This document shows, piece after piece, positions 33,188 to 45,070 of a stretch of DNA of 64,000 nt (its first letter is position 1; every line of letters starts with the position of its first letter). The notes below the pieces were generated by a model. The model was given only the letters and a program-made list of their open reading frames with translations. It did not search any database and had not been told where the DNA came from. The DNA comes from Scyliorhinus canicula. Its lineage: Eukaryota. The position numbers and the translations under genes were made by a program. The DNA is taken from the NCBI RefSeq assembly GCF_902713615.1, contig NC_052164.1, positions 99,347,575 to 99,411,574 on the forward strand, read 5' to 3'.

Positions 33188-36100
33188 GAACATCAAGCTG
33201 CCTGTTTAAGAGTTAGTCATTTAGTGCCAGGTCACCGATCTTGCTCCTCATTACATGAGATTCAAAGAGTTTTTAAGTGTTTGGGCGCGATCGTTGTTGA
33301 TTGGCTTCTCTTTGAGACCTTTGTTAGATTCAAAATCACGTATGATGTCTGCCAAAATATAAAACACCCAGAGTTTAACTTCATAAGAATCTAGGCAGAG
33401 CAGAGCAAACGAAGGTGACATAAATCAAAACACAAAGCTAGATAAAAGCACCGTTAAAGCAGGCACATATTTGGGTGCCTCAGATGATGCACTTGTGTAT
33501 GACTCTTTAATAAAATATATGATTCATTGACAGCTGCTCATTGGTTTTCCATCTGATGGATGCATTAACTAATCTCTATTTACTGCACTTACATCTCAGT
33601 TACTGGAAAGTTGCCAAAGATTGCTTCATGCAATTAACTCTGCAAATACTGGACTTCTGTTGTTGAATTCACTTTGAGATCTATATGCAGGGGGTAGTTT
33701 TGCTGGCTTCTCTATCGGAGACTGTAACTCGGAGGTCGAATTACAACATCATTGACATGGCACTCGGCTCTATGTTTGTGGGTGACGCACCGGGAGCGAA
33801 GCTTTGAGAATTTGACTCATCCCACTTGTGGGCCTATCCTCCAACCATCCAGCCAAGCCAACCAATCCTCTGTCTCCATCCCTGTGGGACACGGAATTGC
33901 GCCAGACGTAAATGTTAGTCTGCTATCCAAGTTTCACTCCGTTTCAATTTCAAATGATTGGCAAGGATAAGGGGGCTGATTGGGGGACCGGGGGAGGTTG
34001 CTTGATGAGATGCGGGGATAAATTGAAACCTCAGAAATGCTGGAAACCATTGGAATCATCGGCGTAATCAGTCTAATAAACATTGGACAAAATGGCGGGG
34101 GGGGGGGGGGGGGGGGGGGGAGGATGGTTGCTCTCACCATCCTTAAGGCGAGAAACTTACTCCACTAAATGGAGTTGAAGGTTGTACGACATTGAGTACT
34201 TGAACTTCATGTTCCCACATAAAAACTATCAATAAACTTTAAACTGCACAGCATGGAGAAGGTTAACTGACTGAAGGGTGGGAATCCTTGAATACTTGCT
34301 GAAGGAATGATGTCAGAGTGGGGGAGGGGGGGGAGAGGGGTACAGAGTGAAATGTCCTCGGGTTTGACCCTCGATGACGATTGTTTATCTACACAAATTA
34401 CGGGATACTGAAACTCTGTGGACCACAATCAAGTTTGCAGTTGATACCGAACTCGGAGGAGCAGCGAAATTGGAAAAGGCGATTCAGAAAACAAAGTGAC
34501 TTAAATTCTATAAAGTGACCAGGGCAAAGACATGAGTTTTAACCCAGAATCATCGGCCGGAATTTTCCAACCCATCCCGCTGGTGGAATATTCCGGTCCT
34601 ATCGATGTGAGCGGAGATTTCAATGGCTCTCTGGCTCCCCCATGTTGGGGAGAGCTGGAAAATACCCACCATAGAGGCGACACAGTAAATATAGAGGCCT
34701 TCTGGCCCATCATGCCCATGCCAGATTTCCTATCACGGTTTAGCCAGTCCCACTCTCCTGCCATTCTCCTGTAGTCCTGCAATCTTTTTCCTCCCACATT
34801 AATTAGCCAGTTCCCTTTTTGAAAGACGTGATTGAATCTGACTCCACCACACTCTCAGCCAGTGCATTACAGATCCTAACCACACATTGCATCAACAAGC
34901 CTTTGCTTCATTTTCTAATCACTATAAATCTGTGTCCTCTGATTTCCCCTCCACTAATGGGAACAGTTTCTCCCTATCTATTGCCTCTTGATTTTGAAAA
35001 ATTTATATCAAATCTCCTTACAAATGTGTTTTCTGTAAGGAGAAAATCACAGATTCTCCAGTCCATCCAGTCTCTTATTCCTGGAACCATTCTTGTGAAG
35101 GCTTTCTGCACCCTCTTTAAATCCTTCACATTCTTCCAAATGTGTGGTGTGCAGAAGTGGACAAAATGATTCAGTTCAGGTCAAACCAGGGCTTTATAAA
35201 GGTTCATAACTTCCTTGCTTTTGTGCTCTATGCCAGTATTTATAAGGCATAAGCCCCGTATGTCTTTGCAACGGCTTTCTCAACCTGTCCTAACACCTTC
35301 AATGGTTTGTCCACATGTGCCGCAGGTCACTCTGTCCCTGTGCTGCCGTTCCAGTTGTATCCTTTAGTTTATATTTCCTCTCCTCTTTCTCCCCACTCAA
35401 CACTTCTTTGCTGTCCATCTGTCTGTCCATTCCACTGGATATCTAAGTCCCTCTGAAACATGTCACTATCCACCTCACAGCTTGTAATACCTCCAAATTG
35501 TGTATCATCTGAAAATTGAGAAATTGTGCCCTAAAGTCTAAATTATTACAATATCGATCATATTCCTGGGGAACCTCATTGGTTTCCTAATCCGAAAAAC
35601 AATTGTTCTCCTGTTCCCTGTCACTTTGCCAACTTTGTATCCATTCAGTCAAGTTCCTTTTATTAAATGGGCTTCGACAAGCCTATTATGTGGAACTTTA
35701 TCAAATGCCTTTTACAAATGAAGAGCAGGAGTAGGCCATTCGGCCCCTATCAAGCCCTGCTCTGCCACTTCATAAGATCATGGCTGATCTGATTGTGGCC
35801 TCAACTCCACATTCCATCTACCCCTGATAACCTTTGCAACCCTTGTTAGTCAAGAGTCTATCTACATCTGCCTTAAAAATATTCCATGACCCTGCTTCCA
35901 CCGCTCTCTGGGAGGTGAGTTCCAATGCCTCTTTGTGAAGTTGGTCAACAAAACGTCAACCACATCATCCTCATCAAACCTCTCTGTTAACTCATCAACA
36001 ATCTTTGGAATTCTCTACCTAAGGGAGTCGTGGATGATTCATCGTTGAATATATTTAAGGCTGGGACAGACAGATCTTTGTTGTCTCAGGGGATGAAGGA

Positions 36101-36879
36101 ATATGGGAAAGGGCGGGAAAATGGTATTGAAACCCAAGATCACCTATGATCGTACTGAATGTCAGGCTCGATGAGTCATGTGCTCTATGCTTGCTCCTGT
36201 ATTCAAACAAGTTACTTGAACATGATTTTCCCTTAACAAATCCAGGTTGAGCTTTCATAATTAGTCCATGCTTATCCAAATGGCTGTTAATTTTGTCCCA
36301 ATTATTATTTGTAAAATCTTCCCTACCACCGAAGATTATTGATCGGTGAATATAGATAAATGTGCAGCGTTAGAGTGCTGCTTCGGAGTCACAGCTGATG
36401 CAAACGCAAATCTTAAATTAATTAGCTTTTTTTAACTTCTTCTTGGATGCATCCCATCACTTACATAAATATTTTAACAACAATACAGAACAACTAATCC
36501 GAAACAGACCAGACCCTATTTAAAGCCTTCACATTGCTCCGAAAGTGCAAAGTCCAGAATTGGGCGTGATGTTCCACTTAAAGTCAAAGCAGGGATGGCA
36601 TTTCCCCTGCTGGGAGTACATCCCGTGGTGGGGTTGGGAATGTGGTACGTTTTCCCTCACGGACGCAGATGGGAATTTGCGCTGGTCGCACGATGTTGGC
36701 CGAATTAATTATGCACCTGGGGATTCCTCAATACCTTGTGTGGGGGGGCTTGGGGTGGGGTGGGGTGAGACGAGCAGGGCGGGGCTAGATGATCCGCACC
36801 CCACATTCATATCCGGGCACCATATTTAAAAGGCACCTTGGCATCAACTTAGCTGCTGTGAATTCAATGATGCAAGTCT

Positions 36880-38560
36880 GCTGAATGGGATCAACTCTGA
36901 TTTACAGATATGGGGTAACCTTCCCCTGTCCTTGGTGGGCAGGGTCCAGACTGTTAAAGTCAATATCCTCCCATTTTTACTTATTTTTCAGTGTCTCCCC
37001 ATTTTTATCCCCAGATCCTTTCTCGTTGGAGTTAACAAATCAGTGTCCTCTTGAATTTGGGCAGACAACACTCCAGAGATCCATGGGCGTTCTTCCAGAG
37101 GAATAGACAGTTAGCCGGTTTAACTTTATCCAGAGATCCATGGGCGTTCTTCCAGAGGAATAGACAGTCAGCTGGTTTAACTTTATCCAGAGATCCGTGG
37201 GCGTTCTTCCAGAGGAATAGATAGTCAGCTGGTTTAACTTTATCCAATTTGTTATTTTATTCTTGGGCAGCAAATATTGAGAAAGTGATGGGGTGACTGA
37301 GTGACCCGAGTTCCATTTGGGGACAAACGGAGACGGGTTCTTGTAGGGGCTCTAGTTTGGGCGCTTCAGTATCTGCCTTGCTTCCGTTCTCTCCAACGAG
37401 AGTTTCTCTGAATCCGGTGGCGGTGTCCACCCTGAGAATTAGGAAGTGTTCAGGCAACATTTTAAATGTAGCTCCATGTCGTTGTTGTCCCCGATCTGTA
37501 GTAATCATCTCTTTGTTCAGGTGAGCTTGGATGTTTAGGCCATGGGAGGGGAAGGGTCTGGAAAGATTTGGCGGCTTGTTCGTGAAGGGAAGATTCAGCA
37601 GTTTTGAGGATCTGTTGGAAAAATGTCTTCTCCCTGCGACCAATTTGTTTAGATTCTTCCAGATTCGTGATTTTTTTTTACGGAAGACTATTTTCTCTTT
37701 TCTCCTGGCACCGTCGTCCTTCCTTGTTGAAGATGATTTTATCTTTGGCCGGGTTTGGTGGGGGAGTATTTTGGGGTTTATGGTCAGATCGTATCAGCGG
37801 AGTCGGCTCCATTGGATGAGGTGGAGATAATGTGGGAGGGTGAACTGGGTGCTATTCTGGGTGAGGAGGTGTGGAGCGAGGCTCTTCGTAGGGTCAACTC
37901 CACATCCTCCTGTGTTCGACGTAGTTTGATCCAGGTCAAGGTGGTGCACAGGCCTCATCTGACCAAGGAAAGGATGAGTGAGTTTTTCAGGGGGTGGACG
38001 ACAGGTGCGAGCGGTGTTCTCGGGGGCTGGCAAATTGTACTCACGTTCTGGTCATGTCACAAGTTGTTCAGCTTTCGGGTCTCTTTCTTTAACACCATGT
38101 CAGAGATTCCTCATGTCGAGCTGGAGCCTTGTCCGCCGGTGGCCATTTTCGGGGTCTCGGACTCGCCGCTGCTGCAGACGGGGGTGAAGGCGATGTCCTC
38201 ACCTTTGCCTCGTTAATAGCCCGGAGGCGAGTTCTGTTTGGGTGGAGATCTGCTACTCCGCCCAGTACCTCGGCCTGGTTGGGTGACCTCATGGAGCTTT
38301 TACATTTGGAGAAGGTTAAGTTCACCGTTAGTGGGTTGGTGGAAGGGTTCTACCTGGGGTGGCAGACATTCATTTCCTTTTTCAAGGAGTTAGTCAGTTG
38401 TTAAGGTTTGTTTTTAGTTTAATGTGAGGGTGATAGGATTGAGTGTGTTTGTGATTGTTGACTGTTCTTTATACATCGTAACTTGAAGCATCTGTTTTGC
38501 ATTATAGTGTTATACCATTTTGTTCTAAAGTAAAAGTTTTTCAATAAAAGTATATATTTT
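36880..38560 (+). mobile_element. Older 5'-truncated L1/Tx1-like LINE
   Basis: Frameshifted ORF2 remnants (GRVQTVKVNILP, WAANIEKV, WSEALRRVNSTSSC...IQVKVVHRPHLT); ends caataaaag. Confidence 0.8.
37073..37246 (+). repeat. 57-bp unit triplicated inside the L1 fragment
   Basis: ccagagatccatgggcgttcttccagaggaatagacagt(c/t)ag(c)tggtttaactttat x3. Confidence 0.92.
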
Positions 38561-39321
38561 TAGAAACTCACCTGCCTTTGAAGGAGAAGATCACCTGCTG
38601 GAAGGTCTTGAAGTTGGGCCCGCACTGCGGCACGTGGTGACCCAGGGCCCCGTCGCTGGAAGCCTAAATCCTCCCGTTGATCAGCCCGAGCTAGCCCAGG
38701 CCTTCTTGCAGAGATGAAAACCTGCTGGCAATGCGGATGACTGGGCGAGGGGAGGGGGCGTGATTCTGGTCGGGCCTTCATCTGCATGCACGTTACCGGG
38801 ATACAAAACGGTTTCACTCCGGCTTCTGGTGGGAATGGCAGCTTTTCAGTTCCTACCACGTTGATGCCCCCCCCCCCCACTTGCCCACCATTAAACTCCT
38901 CGCTGACGGAGGGAAGTCTAGAAAATTCTGCTGCTTGATTTTGTAAAGCCTCATCATTACTTCCTCGACCCTTGATTTAATGCTCTGTACCTCTATTTAT
39001 AAAGTCCAGGTTCCCATGTGCCTCTGTAACCACTTTCCCAACCTGCCGTGAGACCTTCCATGATTTGCGCAAATATAGCCAAGGTCACTCTGTCCCTGAG
39101 CCACCTTTAGAATTGTGCCATTAACAGACGTTGGGCTCTGCCCCAGATTTGGTGAGACAGTAAAATGTAAAACCTGACCACTGATACTAATAGCAATTCA
39201 AAGCAGGATATTAGTGTTGGAAATGTTAATCAATTTAAAATAAATAGCCTGAGTGCTCCCAATAAAAAAACCCAACAAAAGGATTTGAGACATCCGTTGT
39301 TAATAGACAAAGGAACATCAC

Positions 39322-40445
39322 GGGCTGGATTCCCCCAGCCCTGGGCAGCCGAAGAATCCCCGCGAACGGGCCACGCTGCCCCAACGCCGGCACGCGATTC
39401 TGGCGTGGTTGGCGCGTCGCCGGTCGTGGGCCGCTCGACGCAACCCCCCCCCCCCCCAAGTGATTCTCTGGCAGATGCACGGATGTTGTTTCCTCTGGTC
39501 GAGGGGTGGGGTCTAGAAGAAGGGGCCATAATCTCAGGATACAGGGTAGGCCATTTAGGACTGAGGTGAGGAGAAACGTCTTCACTGAGTGGGTGGTTAG
39601 GGGAGTCGGTGGCAAAGTGCTATTGTCACTGGACCCAGGGTAATGCTCTGGGGTCCCGGGTTCAAATCCCACCCTGGCAGATGGTGGAAACCCGCTGGCA
39701 ACTTTTTGTTTTTTCATGAATAGGATGGGAATAGAAGGATACGGACCCTGGAAGTGTAGAAGAGTTTAGTTTAGACGGGCAGCATGGTCAGCGCAGGCTT
39801 GGAGAGCCGAAGGGTCTGTTCCTGTGCTGTACTGTCCTTTGTCCTTTGGCAGGAAAATAAGCACCAATCGCACCCGCACAGTCGCTGCGGCGCCAGTCAG
39901 GGGCCGCTGTTGTCCCCACGGCGATTCTCTGCTGGCAACCGGCCAAACTCCTGCTGAGTTCCACCGAGTCCCACCGGCGTGGTTCCAACCTGGTACCACG
40001 CGGCAGGAGCTCGGACCCATGGCCGCGGTGGGCGTCCTGGTGGAGGGGGGGGGGGCAGGGGGATGTGACTCCGGGTGGGGTCTCCACAAGGTCCAGGCCC
40101 GCGATCGGGGGCTTCCGATAGACGGGCGCCTGCGATCTGGAGGGGGCCTACCTCCTTCCACGCGGGCCTGCTGTAGGTGTCCGACATGTTGCTCTGTGCC
40201 GGCGCTGAGACGGCAACCACGCGCATGCACGGGCTCGGAGATGGCCATCGCGCGCATGCGCGCACCGACGCCGGCCGTGCAGGGCCATCTTTCCGCACCG
40301 GAGCAGCACGCAGCACTCCGGTGCCGTGCTCGCCCCCTGAAGACCGCTGAATTGCTGGGCCAGGAGGCCCGTTAACGCCGGCATACACCATTCCGGTGTT
40401 TACACCGGCGTCAACACTTGGCCAGGATTTTGGAGAATCCCGGCC
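39322..40445. mobile_element. GC-rich MITE-like element interrupted by a CR1 tail (about 39478-39850)
   Basis: TIR gggctggattc / gaatcccggccc. The inner CR1 tail ends ctgtgctgtactgtcctttgtcctt. Confidence 0.72.
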
Positions 40446-41475
40446 CTGGAACTCAAAGTCTAACCCTGACCATGAAACCATTGTGGATTGTCGTAAAAAC
40501 CCAGCTGCCTCACTAATGTCCTTCAGGCCAGAAAATCTGCCGTCCTTACCCAGTCTGGCCCACATGTGACTCCAGACCCACACAGCGATGCGGTTGACTC
40601 TTAACTCCCTCTCCCTCCAAAACGGCTGAGCAAACTGCTCAGTTCAAGGGCAATTAGGGATGGGCAATAAATGCCTGCGATGCCTACATCCCAAGAACTA
40701 ATTTTTTTTTCAAAGCATGCTAGTTAAGTTTACAGGGCAGAGCTCTCAGTGATCCCGAGTGAAATGTCAGATATGTATCAGTTTTAACTGGGTGGAGCGG
40801 CACAGTGGACACCTGAACACATGCTCTCGGCTGACATTGCAGGGTAGTATAGAGGGACTGCCACACAGACGTCTGGATGAGACATTAACCAAGATTTTTA
40901 ATGCTCTCTCTGATGTATGCAGAAGACCCAATGCCACTTCCAGGAAGAGGAGGAGAGGCCCTCCAGATATCCCGCCAATCACTCAGCCAAAATCATAAAG
41001 AATGTATCTGCCCATTACCGACATTTTGTGGGGCCTCCACCACCCTTTAAGACAGCAGCAATTGTGGATTGCTTATATCAATCTGGACAAATCAGCCCGA
41101 TTCGAACACGTTGAATTGCTATCGTGAGGTAGTCTTTGGCCATAACCCCCATTGAGAATCCAGGAATATGACCGTTCCTTTTAACTCACAGCCCAGTCTC
41201 GTTATACTTCAAAGCGCAAAAGTGAGATGAATTTATCGAGAGTGACAGGTGCAGCTGCTCACTGACCTTCAAAATCTCCCATGCAGGACGCCCTCCACAC
41301 ATGACCCTAACAAGCCTGTCTTCAAATGGCACCAATGCCGTGCCTTTTTGATTGTGCAACTCTTTAATGTTTCGATTTAACTCTTCTCATCCTTAATTTA
41401 TTTGTCCTGATAGGGCATCATGCCACCCAATCCCACACCACTCTACGAAATTTGTGACTGTTTGTGGGTCAGAAT

Positions 41476-42420
41476 ATTGAACATAGAACAGTACAGCACA
41501 GAACAGGCCCTTCGGCCCTCGATGTTGTGCCGAGCCTTGTCCAAAACCAAGATCAGGCTATCCCACTCTCTGTCATTCTGGTGTGCTCCATGTGCCTATC
41601 CAATAACAGCTTGAAAGTTCCTAAAGTGTCCGACTCCACTATCACAGCAGGCAGTCCATGCCACACCCTAACCACTCTCCGAATAAAGAACCTACCTCGG
41701 ACATCCCTCCTATATCTCCCACCCTGAAGCTTATAGTTATGCCCCCTTGTAACAGCTACATCCACCCGAGGAAATAGTCTCTGAATGTCCACTCTATCTA
41801 TCCCCCTCATCATCTTATAAACCTCTATTAAGTCACCTCTCATCCTCCTCTGCTCCAAAGAGAAAAGCCACAGCTCCCTCAACCTTTCCTCATAAGACCT
41901 ATCCTCCAAAGCAGGCAGCATCCTGGTAAATCTCCTTCGCACCCTTTCCAATGCTTCCCCATCCGTCCTATAGTGAGGTGGCCAGAACTGCACACAATAC
42001 TCCAAATGTGGTCTCACCAGGGTCCTATACAGTTGCAGCATAACCCCACGGCTCTTAAACTCAAGCCCCCTGTTAATAAACGCTAACACACTATAGGCCT
42101 TCTTCACGGCTCTGTCCACTTGAATGAAATGAAAAATGAAATGAAATGAAATGAAAATAGCTTATTGTCACAAGTAGGCTTCTAATGAAGTTACTGTGAA
42201 AAGCCCCTAGTCGCCACATTCCGGCGCCTGTTCGGGAAGGCTGTTACGGGAACTTGAGTGGCAACCTTCAAAGATCTGTGGACATGAACCCCAAGATCTC
42301 TCTGTTCCTCTACATTCTTCAAAACCCTGCCGTTGACCCTGTAATCCGCATTCAAATTTTTCCTAGCAAAATGAATCATTAAACTCCATCTGCCATTTTT
42401 CGGCCCAGCTCTGCATCTTA
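41476..42420 (-). mobile_element. CR1 LINE 3' fragment interrupted by a short SINE tail (about 42123-42260)
   Basis: LYRTLVRPHLEYCVQFWPPHYR (ORF 41553-42119) and MIHFARKN..YRVNG (ORF 42191-42379); acttga is repeated at both sides of the insert. Confidence 0.9.
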
Positions 42421-43126
42421 TTGAGAGTGGAGTTTAGTGCACATTGACTAGCACTGACTTTCAGGCTGGGGGTTTGTGTCAATGTTATATTGAATATATG
42501 TTTAGTTTTGCATTATTGAGCTGGTGCAGACCGAGTGCACTTGAGTATTAATGTATTCTTGTGCAGACCTTTACTGTCACCAGTCACATTCACCTTTGTA
42601 TTTGATGACCTAAATTGGTTTCCCGTTAAACAATGTCTTGATTTTTAAAAATTCTCAACCCTCTTAAATTTTGTAATCTTCTCCAGCTCCACAAACCTCC
42701 AACATCTCTGTGCTCCTCCATTTCTGGCCCCTTGTGCATCCCTGATATTCATCGTTCCACCATTGATGACCGTACTTTCAATTGTCCGGATCCCAAGTTC
42801 TGGAATATCCTCCTGACACCTCTCTGCTTCTCTCCCTTGCTTTCCTTCCTCAAGCTGCTCCTTAAAACTAACCTCGTTGAACATGCTTTTCGTCATTTGA
42901 CCCACTTTTTCTTTATTCTGGAGGATTTTAGGAATATTGGCTTCTAAATAATGGAACAAGTTAAGAGTTAAAAACCTTGGGGGAATAATGTTTTTGGCCG
43001 CAGTGGTCATGGTTTTAAAAAGGATTTTATTTTGCTTCCAGGAAAAAGAAGGTGAAATTTCACCAGAAGAATGTGGATTTATTGGGGAGGTCCTTTGGGT
43101 GGGGAGGGAGGTTAATGTGCTTTTGC

Positions 43127-43756
43127 TGCTTGCAGAGATCCTGGAAGGGATTCTCTCAGCCCACGTCGGGCCGGAGAATCGTGACGACACCCCAACGGCG
43201 GTCCGCTGATTCTCCAGTGAGCGGAGAATCGGCGCCATTGGCGCTGGCGCGGAGCCCCCCCCCCCCCGGCGATTCTCCGCCCAGGATAGGCCGAGTGACC
43301 GCAAAAGAAATCCGAGTCCCACCGGCGCCGTCCACGTGTGGTCTTACCCGTCAGGACCTCGGCGTGCATCCATCCGGGGAAAGCCTGGTGGGGGGGGGGG
43401 GGGGTCCAACCCCAGGGGGGCCTCCGCTGTGGCCTGGCCCCCGATCAGGGGCTACCAATCGGAAGGTTGGCCTCTCGGGTTGGGGGCCTCTTTTGTTCCG
43501 CGCCGGCCCCTGTAGCCCTACGCCATGTTGCGTTGGGGCCGGCACAGAGATGGAAGCCACTGCGCATGTGCAGACCCGCGCCGCCCATTTGACGCCGGCA
43601 TCGGCAGCTGGAGCCGCGTGGGTCACTCCAGTACCATGCTGGCCTACTGAGGGACTCGGTATCGCTGTTCCTGAGGGTCTGTTGACGCCGTCGTGAAACG
43701 CGACGGCGTTTACGACGGCATCAACACTTAGCCTCAGGATCAGAGAATCCCGCCCA
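43127..43756. mobile_element. GC-rich MITE-like element
   Basis: TIR gggattctct / agagaatcccgccc. Confidence 0.8.
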
Positions 43757-44167
43757 TTTTGTTTTTCAGCTTGGGGAGATGGAGCCCAGAAAGGCAGTGA
43801 GTTTTGGAGAAGCATTGAGAGCGACAAGAGTTGAATTCTGATCTGCCTGACTCTGAGTCCACAATTCTTTCCTAGTATAATAGTTTAAAAAAAGAGTAAT
43901 AATATATTAAAACAGAACAGTCTTGGCTGAAAACAAGGAAGAGGCTGAAATAACCTCATGGAAGCAGCTATTTGAAGATATTCAGCCAGAACCTGAAGGG
44001 ATTCCAACATGAGTCAGATTTGTTTTATAAAGCAAGTAATACTCTATGCCCTGCTGATTTTAAGGTGGATTAAGAGCCTAATGTTTATTTTGTTTTATAA
44101 TGTTTGCATAAAGCACCTTGGAATTTTATGTTACAGTAAAGGTGCTATATGAATATAAGTTGCTGTT

Positions 44168-44510
44168 CATAGAATCATAGAATTTACAGTGGTGAAGGAG
44201 GCCATTTGGCCCATCGAGTCTGCACCAGCTCTTGGAAAGAGCACCCTACCCAAGCCCACAATTCCACCCTATCCCCGTAACCTAGTAACCCCACTTAACC
44301 TTTTTGGACACTAAAGGCAATTTATCATAGCCAATCTGCCTAACCCACTCATCTTTGGCCTGTGGGAGGGAACCGGAGCACCCGGAGGAAATCCACGCAG
44401 AAACGGGGAGAACGTGCAGACTCCGCACAGACAGTGACCCAGCCGGGAATCTAACCTGGGACCTTGGAGCTGTGAAGCAACAGTGCTAACCGCTATGCTG
44501 CCATGCCGCC
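44168..44510 (-). mobile_element. HE1-like V-SINE
   Basis: Family match. Confidence 0.9.
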
Positions 44511-44974
44511 CTGTTGCTATTGTATTCTTCTGTGTTAGTCTGTCATTTGGCTGGTGTAATATCAGGCTACGATACAATAAAGCTGGTGTACTGTTGACCC
44601 AGTGTGACATTGGAGAAGGGTGTTCTTTGTCCAGCACATTCTTTTTACAAATAGAAATCCCTGGAGAAATGATCGCAAGTTGTCACTTCTTCTTATATAA
44701 GGAGTTAAATCAGGAATTGATTCTCTCATTCTGAACAGCTGATGTTCTGGAATCTCGGCATAAGAGGGGGAAACCAGTGCATCAAGATAATCAGAAAGCT
44801 CAAGGGAGGGTGAAGTGAAATGCATGCTTATGATTTAATGATGTGATTAGTCTGTTGAGATTCTTTTACTGTCACTTGGACTCAGAATTTAAAATGCATT
44901 GTTGTTCATATAAACATTTATACATTCTGGAAGAACTGCGAAATTGCTGAAGTTGGCAGGGACGTTCCAAATGA

Positions 44975-45039
44975 ATATTTATTTTACTTATCTATTTTTT
45001 GGTAACATAAACCGTTGCCAATATTTTTGATGAAGGAGG

Positions 45040-45070
<31 letters not shown>

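Noticed and set aside
36880-37540. Suspected twin-priming inversion in the L1 fragment
   Set aside because: On re-reading, both parts encode ORF2 motifs on the + strand; the minus-strand ORFs come from the 57-bp triplication.
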